DNA from: Octopus bimaculoides
Taxonomy: Eukaryota
NCBI RefSeq assembly: GCF_001194135.2
Contig: NC_068999.1
Span: 20,786,878 to 20,820,698 of the forward strand
DNA length: 33,821 bases
Direction of reading: 5' to 3'
Shown piece after piece: positions 11,154-23,367 of the stretch. Numbering within the stretch: the stretch's first letter is position 1; the number at the start of each line of letters is the position of its first letter. The notes under the pieces were generated by a model that was given only the letters and a program-made list of their open reading frames with translations, was not told where the DNA came from and did not search any database. The translations under genes and the position numbers were made by a program.

Positions 11154-11597
11154 CTGTGTGTGTGTATGTATATGTATGTATCAATTTTAATGAGCCTGCT
11201 GACGCATAAAATGTAACCTCATCAAAACAAAATTGGAGACGGATGCCTGTTTCATACTAACATGATTTGCGCTCAGAACATAGAGATATGAAGACAATCA
11301 TTTTTAGAGCATTTGTAGTGGAAGGTCAAGTGATAACAATTTTTTATTACACCTGAAATTTTTATCAAGCACATTGAATTAGTCATTGGACACAGGTGGA
11401 ATATTAAAATTATTATTGCCGATTGCCGCAGTGAAGTAGTCTCTAAATGAAGAGGAGTTGCCATGATATAAGCTGATAATACTATTCATGTGATGCAAAC
11501 CACTGGTTATCTCCATTGATAGAATAACGGGCAACGTTTATCACGTTTTTCCGTTATTCTATCAATTATCTAGCTATATCGATTTTATTCTCACATA

Positions 11598-11812
11598 TTC
11601 ATTACTACTGTAGGCACGAGGCCTGGAATTTTGTGGGAGAGTGTAAGTCGATTGCATCAACCCCAGTGCGTAACTGGTACCTATTTAATCAATCACAAAA
11701 GGATGAAAGGCAAAGTCGACCACGGCGGAATTTGAACCCAGAACGTAAAGACGGACGAAATCCCGCTCAGCATTTTACCCAGCGTACTAACGATTCTGCC
11801 AGCTCACCACCT
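11598..11812 (-). mobile_element. Near full-length tRNA-derived SINE (Octopus family B)
   Basis: Reverse complement reads AGGTGGTGAGCTGGCAGAATCGTTAGTACGCTGGGTAAAATGCTGAGCGG...GTTCTGGGTTCAAATTCCGCCGTGGTCGACTTTGCCTTTCATCCTTTT...GTACCAGTTACGCACTGGGGTTGATGCAATCGACTTAC, with A-box TGGCAGAATCG and B-box GGTTCAAATTCC. Confidence 0.85.
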
Positions 11813-13501
11813 CACTTTATTCTCAAATAATTATTGCCCTTTTAGAGGCTGCATTAATCTTATCAGATCAAATCCAGTCTTTAGAGAAGTAACATGATTC
11901 TATTACTTTTCATTTACACACAGGTGGTGGTTTGCTAAAGATATTTGAGCGTGGGCAAAATTTCTTGTGTTACATACTCCGACAATTTATGTTCTAAATT
12001 CAAATTCCGTCCAATACTTTATTTTTTTGCAACTAATCCATCCTTGAATCGTTGTTTTAGGATTTGTCCCTATAACAGAATTACAATTTGCATTTACATA
12101 ACTTCAAATCATATGCTGGTCGACTTTAGCTTTCATTATTGCGTGATAGTTACAAGTACATGGTAAAGAGATACTGTGGTCGAATTAAAAGGCTACATGC
12201 TGCCATACTTTTCTCAAAAGGCGTAATCTTGTACCAATTTTAGAAATAAACATTTTGACCTATACTGATATTAACCTCAGTGTAGAAATAAAAGTTTATT
12301 CTTCGAACAAAACCAACAACATTCAGCATTCACGGCCCTGATAATGATGATAAAAGATGAAATGGATCGAATATTAGTGTATTTGTGAATACTGATTTCC
12401 AACAATTACACAAAGTCGTACCTTTTGGGTGAGGAATGTTATCGATTAAACCCACCAATGTATTTAATTTTCCAGTGCGTTTTTTCTTGTACATTATTTT
12501 CACGATCAGGAAAGGATAATAAGAGAGTGAAATCTATAGGGATTGGAGACTGAACGTAAATAGTGGTAACTAATTATGGAAAATATTTTGCACCACGCCA
12601 TTCTAATCTATCACGACAGTCTCTTGCTAACGATTACTAAAATACTTTTCAATAATATATTTTCATCTCAGGCAAAAGACAAACTGTGTTCGTCTCCAAA
12701 AATGAAGTTAGTAGTTCTAAAAATTATATTCATATTCCTCACAAATTATATACAAATTTTTACACGTTTATTAATTACTGTAATCTGTCCTATCGATTCA
12801 AGCGTGATGTTAATTTAGAAGGAATTTGAAATTCGAAAATAGATTAACACGTTCAGAATTCCATCACTATGCGTATGCATAACTCTGTTTAAGAAAATCA
12901 GTTCGCAATCTTGTGTAAAGTGGCTCAATTTGAATTTACAATATTTTAGACAAATGTCTTCTACAATATCCAGGGAGAAGCAATAATTTATGCGAGAGAT
13001 TTTTGGGACGGAAGTTGTAGTGGTGTGCTTATATATATATATATATATATATAATGATAAAGAAATATTTACATATATGTAATTGTTTTGATTTTTTGTC
13101 AATTTATATAAAAAATTTAACATTAAATTAAAGGATTACTCAATACTTTTGGACAGAATATGTTTATACATATGTTTATATATTTACAAGTTCTGAAGTT
13201 GCTTCGAATTATGGGTTTGTTCCCCTTTGTGAGACTGTGCTGTTCTTTTGAGCTTTATATAGCCTTTGCCATGCTGTGTTTTGGTAGTAAGTGAGCTTTT
13301 GTGAACAGATTTTGATTGGTCTGATAGGGGTATTTTGTTAATTCAGTGGAAAGTGGAAAGTGCAAGTAACCGTGTAAACAAGTGTATGAAATTCATGTTA
13401 CGGCATTCTTTCTACAGAAAGTTGTTGTTTTTTTTTGTTACGTTTTACGGTTCACAAGACATAAACAATATTTCCATATGGATAATTTCTATATACATAT
13501 T

Positions 13502-13505
<4 letters not shown>

Positions 13506-13572
<67 letters not shown>
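13506..13572. repeat. (AT)n microsatellite
   Basis: Directly visible. Confidence 0.95.
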
Positions 13573-13574
<2 letters not shown>

Positions 13575-14832
13575 GTATTTATGTAAATGCATACATGCAC
13601 ACGCGCAAGCGCACAAATTCGCACACACCTATGTATATACACATAGAGTTACTTGTATATTGCGTGAAGGAGAGATTGTTTAAATTATATCCAGATGAAT
13701 ATGAGAGAAAATTAAAACTAGGATTTCAATTCTGCTCTTTAAGAAAAACATAGTTCGTTTTGCAATGTTGCTTTTTTCCGAGTTAGAGATTCTCTTTTAG
13801 AAATGTAATGATTGCTTAGTAGGAAATCCACGAGGCCATTGTTCAAAAAGTTTGATATCACACAATATAACTGAAAATAAACAAGTTTAGTTTAAAGATT
13901 AAATCCTGTAATTTGTTATATAAAATAAAAATCAAGTCTCTTCAGAGTTCGAATCGTTTTGTTTGAAGTCGCACATTAAAGGAGATTTGCGATTGTCGAG
14001 AGTCAAGTGACTGACGTTGAATTTGTCATCAAACGATGCAAGTTTAAAATATAAAACAAAAATAAGATAAAAAAAGGTCAACAAATCCATCTTAATGATT
14101 TATATTCAGATACTTATTTCATTGATTTGCGCTGAGGACCTCTACATCGAGTGGTACATCATTACATCATTTGCTCTCAGATAATGAAAGAATGAAAGTT
14201 AAATGCAATAAATGGTTTTAAAGATATATTTACTCTGCTATTACAATTTTTTTTTTATTGCGTTCATAATAACGGAGAAGTCAAAATTTAGTTTGAAAAT
14301 GTCCTTATTGATAGTTTTAAGGGTAGATAATTGTTGACAGGAATGTATTTTCCTCGCCTGAATAAACGAATCGAGATACACCCACATAAACACACGTTCA
14401 TATGTATATAGGTATGTAAGTATTTGAATGCTTGCATCTATGTTTATATTTGTGTATATGTATATATAAACGTATATATATGTATACATTAACGTATATA
14501 TATATATATATGTACACTACATATCATAATGAACTAAAAAAATGAATAATAGAAGAAAGGCGAAAGGAACTGAGAAAGCAGCATATAGGAAAGGCAGAAG
14601 GTAAAGAAAAAACAGAAAACAAAAAACGAAAACATAAACTCTAAAAGTACAAAGGTAAGAGATCTATCCTCCTTAGACCTTAAATCATAAGGCTAGAAAG
14701 AGACCAAGATATCAGTATGTGGTGTTATATCAATAATAAGTTAAAAGCCATGTAAAAACTGTTCGAACAATCCGGAAACAGACGCAGGTCACCACATCAT
14801 CATTGGTTATTGGCCAGACGGTGAAACGCTAT

Positions 14833-15342
14833 TTTCTGCCTTCAATGATAATATTGTTCCCCTCTGGTGGCGCCGGAGGCCAGAAGCCACAAAGGTATGG
14901 CAAACCAAAAGAGGTACCAAACATGACAGAAAATGAACAACAAAAAAAGATATAAACAAATAAGCAGAAAGTGAACATGCAAGTATGCGATGAATGTAAG
15001 ACAAGATGAGATAATAGAATACGAACTTAGGGCCAGATACGAGACAAAAAATCACCGGTAAAATATACTAAAGCATTGACAGGGGGAGACTGAAACATGA
15101 TGAGAGAAGGAAGTGAGAGAAAATATGACCTGTTGATTTGACGGTCAGCGTGAAAAGGACTCCGTTAATGCTTTCAGGAATTTTGCCAGAGTTAACATTA
15201 CTTAGTTTTATATTTCTTGTTTGTTCATTTTCCGTCATGTTTGTTTTTTTTTTCTTTTCTTTTTTTTGGCTCTTCATCTCCCAGACGCTTCTGGCTTCTG
15301 GCACTGCCAGAGGGGAACATTAATATTGCTGGAGGCAGGAAA
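14833..15342. repeat. Degenerate foldback/long inverted repeat (~510 bp), possibly an old MITE
   Basis: Three nested matching blocks: 14833-14887 vs 15287-15342 (perfect 13-mer tgttcccctctgg/ccagaggggaaca), 14919-14956 vs 15207-15242, and aaagcatt (15071-15078) vs aatgcttt (15167-15174). Confidence 0.75.
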
Positions 15343-15517
15343 TTGTGCTTGACCCTCTAGCCAATAACTGATGAGGATTTGGTGACCTGTGTCTGTTTCC
15401 GTTTGTTTGTACATTTATTGCGTATGTGTGTGTTTGTTTGTGTGTGTGCACGCGTGCGTGTATGTATGTGTCTGTGTGTGTCTGTGTGTCTGTGTGTACG
15501 TGTCTTCTGTTTTATAG

Positions 15518-15647
15518 TAAAAAGCTTGGATTTCCGTTCTTCACCAAACGTTCGAACTACCATACCTTCATGGACCCGTCGTACAAGATGCACAAACTAG
15601 AACTGACGAACACCCAAGTCATAAAACTACAGGATGGCAAATTGTGA
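15518..15647 (+). CDS. Candidate terminal coding exon of an unidentified host gene: (x)KKLGFPFFTKRSNYHTFMDPSYKMHKLELTNTQVIKLQDGKL*
   Basis: Pyrimidine-rich acceptor tgtcttctgttttatAG (AG at 15516-15517). 42 non-repetitive codons to TGA, and 26 of 42 end in G/C in a very AT-rich context. No family recognised and no partner exon identified. Confidence 0.4.
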
Positions 15648-17004
15648 AGAGGTAGCAGATGTGCTCAACTGAGCCAACGGTGTCTTTTCTTTGATGACGA
15701 GCGAGGAATCTTAGAAGACCAACGGTCATAATCACCGAGGTCTATCACGAGAGTAACTGCAACGCATCCATTGGGCAGTCTCCATAGATGTATAATTAGC
15801 TAATGAAAGATTCACTATGATTCATTAACAAGCTTCGAACTGGATTGAGACATAGGGTCACAGGAATTGCTGCAAGCAGCACGACCGAATACTCATATTT
15901 GTTAAAATGCACATGTAACGCATCTCGGACAATTTGTGCATTTCATACATGTCAATATTTCATGGAATTATGCAATTTAGAATTCTTTCTGAATTGAGTG
16001 AGAACACTGTCGAACCGAAGAATGATATGGAGGGCACTAAAGACTATAAAAATTAAATTTAACGCGGTCTTTGTCATCAGCAAAAATATACCATTAAGCT
16101 ATTATCGAACATTATTGAGCTGCAGAGTGCTGATGGTAGTACTCTTATAAGCCATACAGGCAACGGTTTCAGCAAAGTTCACAGATTATAAGATGATGGG
16201 TCAGTTAGCTAACATCCAGATAATTCAGGTTATCTCAAATGACAAACTACATTTTGTCTCTTGCTCGTTTTCTCAATTTTATCAACCACAAGTGACCATA
16301 TTCAACTATTTCAGCTATCTGGACAGTACTATTTCCCGTAAGTGCACAATGAATTAGAGGATATTTTTCATACCTCACATATGCCTGTGTAAAATTTGCA
16401 AGACTTGGGCGAAAAGTTGGGGTTTTTTTTCAGATAATAATTACAGCATCTAAGAAAAGGTTCGTGTTTACTGGGCAGTTAGTATTTCGAATCCCCTTTA
16501 TTGTAGCGAGATATACACGTACAGCCGATTCGTCTAGAGAACCTCCTGACTCCAATACATTCTTTTCTCTAGCCTAGTTGGATTACGCACACAACTATCA
16601 GTGAAAGCAATGCAGGCAGCAGTGAATATAAACTTAATAGTTATCAACTAAGTTGAATGCTGTAAGTACTTGTCTCCCTTGTAGAACCTACTACGGAATT
16701 TGCACATTCGTTGTGACTTAACTAGTGAACAAACGTGCGGTTCCATCAACAGCTGAACAGTAGTTACAGCAAAGTTTCAAAAGTGGAATTCATTCGTACC
16801 AATCGCTTACTTTGACGTTTGCTTTGATGTGCGTCTCTGAAGATATGCAGAAGAAACGTACCAAGCGACACCACAAGGAGTGACAAAAGAGAAATGCATT
16901 TAGATTAATGTGGAGACATGTTCTTTGTTGAGGATGAGAATTTATAATTATCAAAGGACCAGGAACTCAAGGAGAACTTCGTACTTAACGACACCCAGCT
17001 AAAT

Positions 17005-17138
<134 letters not shown>

Positions 17139-17452
17139 AACCGTGTTTCTTATATGATTGACAGAAACTGAGTTTAACCCTAGCCGCTAAGAACCAATGC
17201 TATGAATTAAGGTGTTCTACACCAGAATTCGAAATTGCAAAACGGCTATATACGTTAGTGACTTACCTCCCTTTATTAGTCATTAATATAGTTCTTTAGT
17301 GGCTTTAAAGTTAATTCAACTCTTATTTTTGCATAGGGATGCTGGCCGGCACCTTCTGTCATTTCTTGTTGACCTCTGTTAATTTTGCCTTTAGGTTCTA
17401 ATTGCTAATAAGCCATCCTTTTTAATTTATGCACAGACACACAAATACACAC

Positions 17453-17500
<48 letters not shown>

Positions 17501-17974
17501 TATATATATGTGTGTGTGTGTGTGGGGGTATGGGTGTGTGTCTGTGTGTGCGTGCATGCGCGTGTATGTATTTATATTGTTTTTCTGCCTGAAGATTTTC
17601 TAATTGGAGATATCTTACATGCGTTTCCTACAGCATATATAATTTTAACTCCTTCCCAAAAACTTTCCAATCACCTGTTTGATATTGTTATTCCTGAGAA
17701 AATATTTTCTAGTAATTTCACATCTAACGCATATCACATATCTCACACAAATATAGCATCTACATACATACTTGGAGTGCTGAATTCAACAGGCGATCTT
17801 CAACAGGACACAGCTTGGATTTTAAACCTATCTACATAATGTATGTGTATGTGCGTGCGTGCGTGCGTGCATGCGTGCGTGCGTGTGCATGCGTATGTAT
17901 GCATGCGTGTGTGTATGTTTGTCTGAGTGAGTGTATTTCTGTGTGTATGTTCGTGTGCGTGTATTTGTGTATGT

Positions 17975-18085
17975 CTGTATATGTATGTATGTATGTATGA
18001 ATGTATGTATGTATGTATGTATGTATGTATGTATGTATGTATATATGTATGTATGTATGTATCTATGTATGTAGGTAGGTAGGTA
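17975..18085. repeat. (GTAT)n tetranucleotide microsatellite grading into (GTAG)n
   Basis: Directly visible. Confidence 0.9.
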
Positions 18086-19663
18086 AGTATATTTGTAGGT
18101 ATGTATATAACACTGATGAAGTTTCCATAGAAATACGCAAGCAGACATTTTGCATGAAGCGTACTACAGCAGAGAGAATGAATTCTAATATTCAAAACTT
18201 GTTCTTTTGGCGAAACCTGCGAGATCCTCCTGATATCTACACCAGTGGGTCTTAGATGATATCAATTTCTCAGTAAATAGATTATCCTTAACATTCCCAC
18301 ATTGTAGTCGAGCTTCTTACTCACAAACATCAATCACACTCTGTGCTGGCTTTCAAGTTGAATAAGACACATCTACTTATATTGCAGTCTTTTTTCTCTG
18401 CTTTTAACTACAGGAAGGGAAGCACTCCAGAAGCAATCATTTAGCATTCTATTAGTTTGGCTTTTCAACACCATACTGAAGCATTAATCGATAGATATCA
18501 TCCATTGTCGTGATTTTCTTCATCACTACCGTAAACCTTTTTATTGTGTTGATGAAAAGGTAATGTTATTTTTTCTGTACTTTTTAAAGCCTGTAACTAA
18601 TTATATTTTCTTCTGATGATATAACAAAGGTTTACTGAAAGCATCAGTAAGCACCTTACATCTCCGTTTTTACTTTACTTCTAATTCCCAATTTTATTGT
18701 ATATAGTTGTCAGAGAAATGCTATTGGTTAATATTGATTTATTTTACTTCTATTGCCTAGGTAGGTAGCATAACCAGTTTTCTCACAGTAAGACATTGTA
18801 TTCTGTTAGACTTGGCATCACAGATTTATACACAAGAGATTTATATATAAGTTACCTCGATAGGCACGGAACCTGTGTTTTCAGAGACGGAGCTGTCAGG
18901 AGGAATTTCTAATCCGATACTGATTTATGTCATGGACTAATGGATTTCTACATAAAGCCGTTCATTTTGAACTTGAATATCGTTACGTATAATTTACTTT
19001 TGTCATTGATTAAGACATAACCATATCTGCAATTTATTAATATCGAGTTGACATGTTCCAACGGCGGAAAATGAATTGATTACAGGAATGATGACATCCA
19101 AAATAATGCGAGAAAAACAGTCACAACCTAATGAGACGTTCATGGAAAGTTTGTGGGACGAGTATACAATCCTATGATACCCATTACACCATGGCAGTCG
19201 ACGCCTTTACCAAATACTTCATGAATCATGCACTCTTAGGAGTTAGGTCTTTGTCATGAATACAGTTAAAGTAAGTGGCATGGAATCTCCAAAGTTTCAG
19301 ATTAGTACATTCAATACACGTGGCCAACTGATGATCTCTAATGAAAAGATTATTCCAGTATTAACTCCATACAAGTGCACTTCCACCTGGAATTTCATCC
19401 CAAATGCATATTTTCCCGTCTTTCATACTCCTACTTCACTTTTATTCTATTTCTATAATTTTCTTTTTCTAAACACAGTCTCACCGCCAAAGCGTCTAGA
19501 CGCTTTCCATTCCTTTTCTAACTTTTAATATAGTGCAATACATGGTAAAGCTTCACGTTGTTGTGTGGTCCTGCATTTTAAAATTTGGGTCATTGCCTTC
19601 ACAATACATACATACTTATATATATACATACATACTTATATATATATATATATATATATATAT

Positions 19664-20638
19664 NNNNNNNNNNNNNNNNNNNNNNNNNNNNNNNNNNNNN
19701 NNNNNNNNNNNNNNNNNNNNNNNNNNNNNNNNNNNNNNNNNNNNNNNNNNNNNNNNNNNNNNNNNNNNNNNNNNNNNNNNNNNNNNNNNNNNNNNNNNNN
19801 NNNNNNNNNNNNNNNNNNNNNNNNNNNNNNNNNNNNNNNNNNNNNNNNNNNNNNNNNNNNNNNNNNNNNNNNNNNNNNNNNNNNNNNNNNNNNNNNNNNN
19901 NNNNNNNNNNNNNNNNNNNNNNNNNNNNNNNNNNNNNNNNNNNNNNNNNNNNNNNNNNNNNNNNNNNNNNNNNNNNNNNNNNNNNNNNNNNNNNNNNNNN
20001 NNNNNNNNNNNNNNNNNNNNNNNNNNNNNNNNNNNNNNNNNNNNNNNNNNNNNNNNNNNNNNNNNNNNNNNNNNNNNNNNNNNNNNNNNNNNNNNNNNNN
20101 NNNNNNNNNNNNNNNNNNNNNNNNNNNNNNNNNNNNNNNNNNNNNNNNNNNNNNNNNNNNNNNNNNNNNNNNNNNNNNNNNNNNNNNNNNNNNNNNNNNN
20201 NNNNNNNNNNNNNNNNNNNNNNNNNNNNNNNNNNNNNNNNNNNNNNNNNNNNNNNNNNNNNNNNNNNNNNNNNNNNNNNNNNNNNNNNNNNNNNNNNNNN
20301 NNNNNNNNNNNNNNNNNNNNNNNNNNNNNNNNNNNNNNNNNNNNNNNNNNNNNNNNNNNNNNNNNNNNNNNNNNNNNNNNNNNNNNNNNNNNNNNNNNNN
20401 NNNNNNNNNNNNNNNNNNNNNNNNNNNNNNNNNNNNNNNNNNNNNNNNNNNNNNNNNNNNNNNNNNNNNNNNNNNNNNNNNNNNNNNNNNNNNNNNNNNN
20501 NNNNNNNNNNNNNNNNNNNNNNNNNNNNNNNNNNNNNNNNNNNNNNNNNNNNNNNNNNNNNNNNNNNNNNNNNNNNNNNNNNNNNNNNNNNNNNNNNNNN
20601 NNNNNNNNNNNNNNNNNNNNNNNNNNNNNNNNNNNNNN
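19664..20638. other. Assembly gap flanked by (AT)n
   Basis: N characters. Confidence 1.
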
Positions 20639-20743
20639 ATATATGTATAATATAATATAGGATAAAATCTTTATAAGAATTTATGAAGTAGTCAGCGTGA
20701 AAAAACCCCATAAGGAAAAAAAAAACATCGTTTTTTCCCATAA

Positions 20744-21632
20744 ATATATATAATTTATATAAGGGCATTAACTATATAGTAATGCCTCACGCTTAGAGGG
20801 ACTAAATAAGTCAAAAACTACCAAAAAATAAGCAACATATTTACCGAAAGCGAGGGAAATGCAACTTTCAAAAATTAGCCTCCTAAAAACATTAAACTTA
20901 ACGGCGAACCACTGGTTTCTCAATAAATACAGCAAAACTGTGAAGTAAGCTGCATCTTTTGTTCATCAGTGCACGTATGGTCGAGACACATAAAAAATAA
21001 ACAAAAATCAACGTACCACGATGTACCCAACACAGCACGATGACCTCTGTTCATCATTATATATCCGTGAAAGAGGCTAGCCTTATCCAGTTGCATCCCG
21101 GTAACACGTGCTTTTACAGAATAATATTCAGCACTGAATATATTCTAATTATTTATAATATAATATAGTATAAAATCTTTATAAGAATTTCTTTTAAAGA
21201 TTTTATCCTATATTATATTATAAATAATTAGAATATATTCAGTGCTGAATATTATTCTGTAAAAGCACGTGTTACCGAGATGCAACTGGATAAGGCTAGC
21301 CTCTTTCACGGATATATAATGATGAACAGAGGTCATCGTGCTGTGTTGGGTAAATCGTGGTATGTTGATTTTTGTTTATTTTTTATGTGTCTCGACCATA
21401 CGTGCACTGATGAACAAAAGATGCAGCTTACTTCACAGTTTTGCTGTATTTATTGAGAAACCAGAGGTTTGCGGTTAAGTTTAATGTTTTTAGGAGGTCA
21501 ATTTTTGAAAGTTGCATTTCCCTCACTTTCGGTAAATATGTTGCTTATTTTTTGGTAGTTTTTGACTTATTTAGTCCCTCTAAGCGTGAGGCAATACTAT
21601 ATAGTTAATGCCCTTATATAAATTATATATAT
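20744..21632. repeat. ~890-bp near-perfect palindrome (arms 20744-21180 and 21196-21632)
   Basis: By manual alignment the arms are reverse complements with 11 substitutions over ~437 bp and no indels. The 15-nt centre (ataagaatttctttt) is itself nearly self-complementary. Confidence 0.97.
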
Positions 21633-21634
21633 GT

Positions 21635-21708
21635 NNNNNNNNNNNNNNNNNNNNNNNNNNNNNNNNNNNNNNNNNNNNNNNNNNNNNNNNNNNNNNNNNN
21701 NNNNNNNN
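21635..21708. other. Assembly gap
   Basis: N characters. Confidence 1.
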
Positions 21709-21775
21709 GAAGAAGAAGAAGAAGAAGAAGAAGAAGAAGAAGAGGAGGAAGAAGAAGAAGAAGAAGATGAAGAAG

Positions 21776-21806
<31 letters not shown>

Positions 21807-21942
21807 GGAGGAAGAAGAAGAAGAAGAAGAAGAAGAAGAAGAAGAAGAAGAAGAAGAAGAAGAAGAAGAAGAAGAAGAAGAAGAAGAAGAGGAAGCAGAA
21901 GAAGAAGAAGAAGAGGAAGCAGAAGAAGAAGAAGAAGAAGAA
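21709..21942 (+). repeat. (GAA)n trinucleotide microsatellite (~78 units, few interruptions)
   Basis: Directly visible; it explains the poly-E, poly-K, poly-S and poly-L ORFs. Confidence 0.97.
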
Positions 21943-22006
21943 GGGGAGGTAGCATTACCCAGAAGATGAAGAGGGAGTTGTATTACCCAGAAAAAGGGAC
22001 CATAGA

Positions 22007-22545
22007 GTGAATGAAATCCTCCAAACGTCCGCCATCGTAAAGAGTAAAAGACAGCTCGAGTCAATAAAAAGTATTCTAACAGAAGCTCAAGTACACTCGT
22101 CAACAACATCGAAATAGACAGTAGAAATCACGGAAGAGCTACTTGTGGTATATGCATCAAGCTAATCGAGCGATTGGAGTTTTCCATCAAACAGGGTCAA
22201 CGTTTTACAGTGAAAAACAACTTCACAAGTGCTTCAGATATATGTGTTGATATATGTGTTAACTTTCACAGGGTGTCGAGAGCAATACACTGGTCAATAC
22301 ACTGGTCAAACTAAAAACAGTCTACGCCAGAGGATGACCGTACATAGATTCCAGATTAAACTACGGGAATACAGAAAAATAGTATTAAGTTAACACATTG
22401 ATATTTGCGCCACTAATGAACAACCCAAAATTAGAATTTTCCCCTCAGCAAATTTAGGGAAAACGTAGACTATAATCACTATATTAACAAACAATCATAT
22501 TTCATCGCAGAATATAAAACTCTTTTGAATGCGTCCACCACAGAG
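22007..22545 (+). mobile_element. Decayed Penelope-like retroelement (PLE) fragment: RT-distal linker and GIY-YIG endonuclease
   Basis: Across frameshifts: IVKSKRQLESIKSILTEA, GRATCGICIKLIE (CxxC), KQGQRFTVKNNFTSAS, LIYVLTFTGCREQYTGQ(YTGQ)TKNSLRQRMTVHRFQI...LS*HIDIC. This follows the PLE layout LIY-x-C-x2-C-x3-YIGQT-x3-L-x2-R-x3-H. Confidence 0.88.
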
Positions 22546-23104
22546 GACACTGCTACAGGGATCTTAGAAAAATACCCACGGAAATATTAAAAATGATAAA
22601 TATATTAAGTGCAGTCGCTACCCATGAATGTATTTAGAACTGTTCGTACTACTACTGCTACTACAACCACATAGAAACACACACATATTTATATATGCAA
22701 ATACTTATTCATGCATATAGATATGTAATCGAAAGAAAGTACGCTCAACTCGTCTTCACGATTAAAAAACTCCATTTACTTTATTTACAGAAGCAAGAAA
22801 ATCACGCCTGATTGTTTCAACATTTAAATATTGATTTGGCAAGTCATCTCTAATTGCTAATCATTGTTGATTGGTAATGGATCATACCTAATGTTCATTG
22901 TTGATGGTCAATATTAGTCACATCGCGGATTCCAAAATGGTTCATACCTAATACGTGTACAACTCCAGCGTGATGGATGTTAGAAGTTCCGATGTCATCT
23001 AAAATTTCTCCAAACTTTATGGGGCAGTTTTTAAGAGGCAATGACTTAACATTAAGTACGAGATCCATTGGTGACAAACAGTACGGCAGTTCAGTAAGTT
23101 AGGG

Positions 23105-23367
23105 CAGGGGTTTTCAAACTGTGGTCCGCAACGACAAGACAGGGGGTCCGTGGACAGCAAATACTTTTTTATGGGCAATTTGAATTTATATATGTTTTTT
23201 AATCGAAATCTTTTAATTGACAATGAACCTATTTTTTAAATGCTGTTAAATAAATAAATGTAAAAATATATGTTATTGTAAGCAAATATTTATGTATAAA
23301 TTTCATAAGGTAAAGCCTGAAATATAAAGGGTTCCGCAAATCAAAAAAAAAAGTTTGAAAACCCCTG
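23105..23367. mobile_element. hAT (Charlie/Buster-type) MITE, 263 bp
   Basis: Perfect 15-bp TIRs CAGGGGTTTTCAAAC / GTTTGAAAACCCCTG. 8-bp TSD agttaggg (23097-23104) and ggttaggg (23368-23375), 7 of 8 identical, with central TA. Confidence 0.92.

Noticed and set aside
21395-21480. CTGATGA in the palindrome arm as a possible hammerhead core
   Set aside because: No stem II closing directly onto GAAA, and no stem I or III could be built.
21597-22109. Poly-Glu, poly-Lys, poly-Ser and poly-Leu ORFs
   Set aside because: All are translations of the (GAA)n microsatellite and the adjacent gap.
22860-23100. Minus-strand ORF 22895-23077 (…DDIGTSNIHHAGVVHVLG…) and a plus-strand GTAAGT donor at 23094
   Set aside because: Non-ATG start, weak acceptors on both strands, short internal repeats (catacctaat x2) and no recognisable family.
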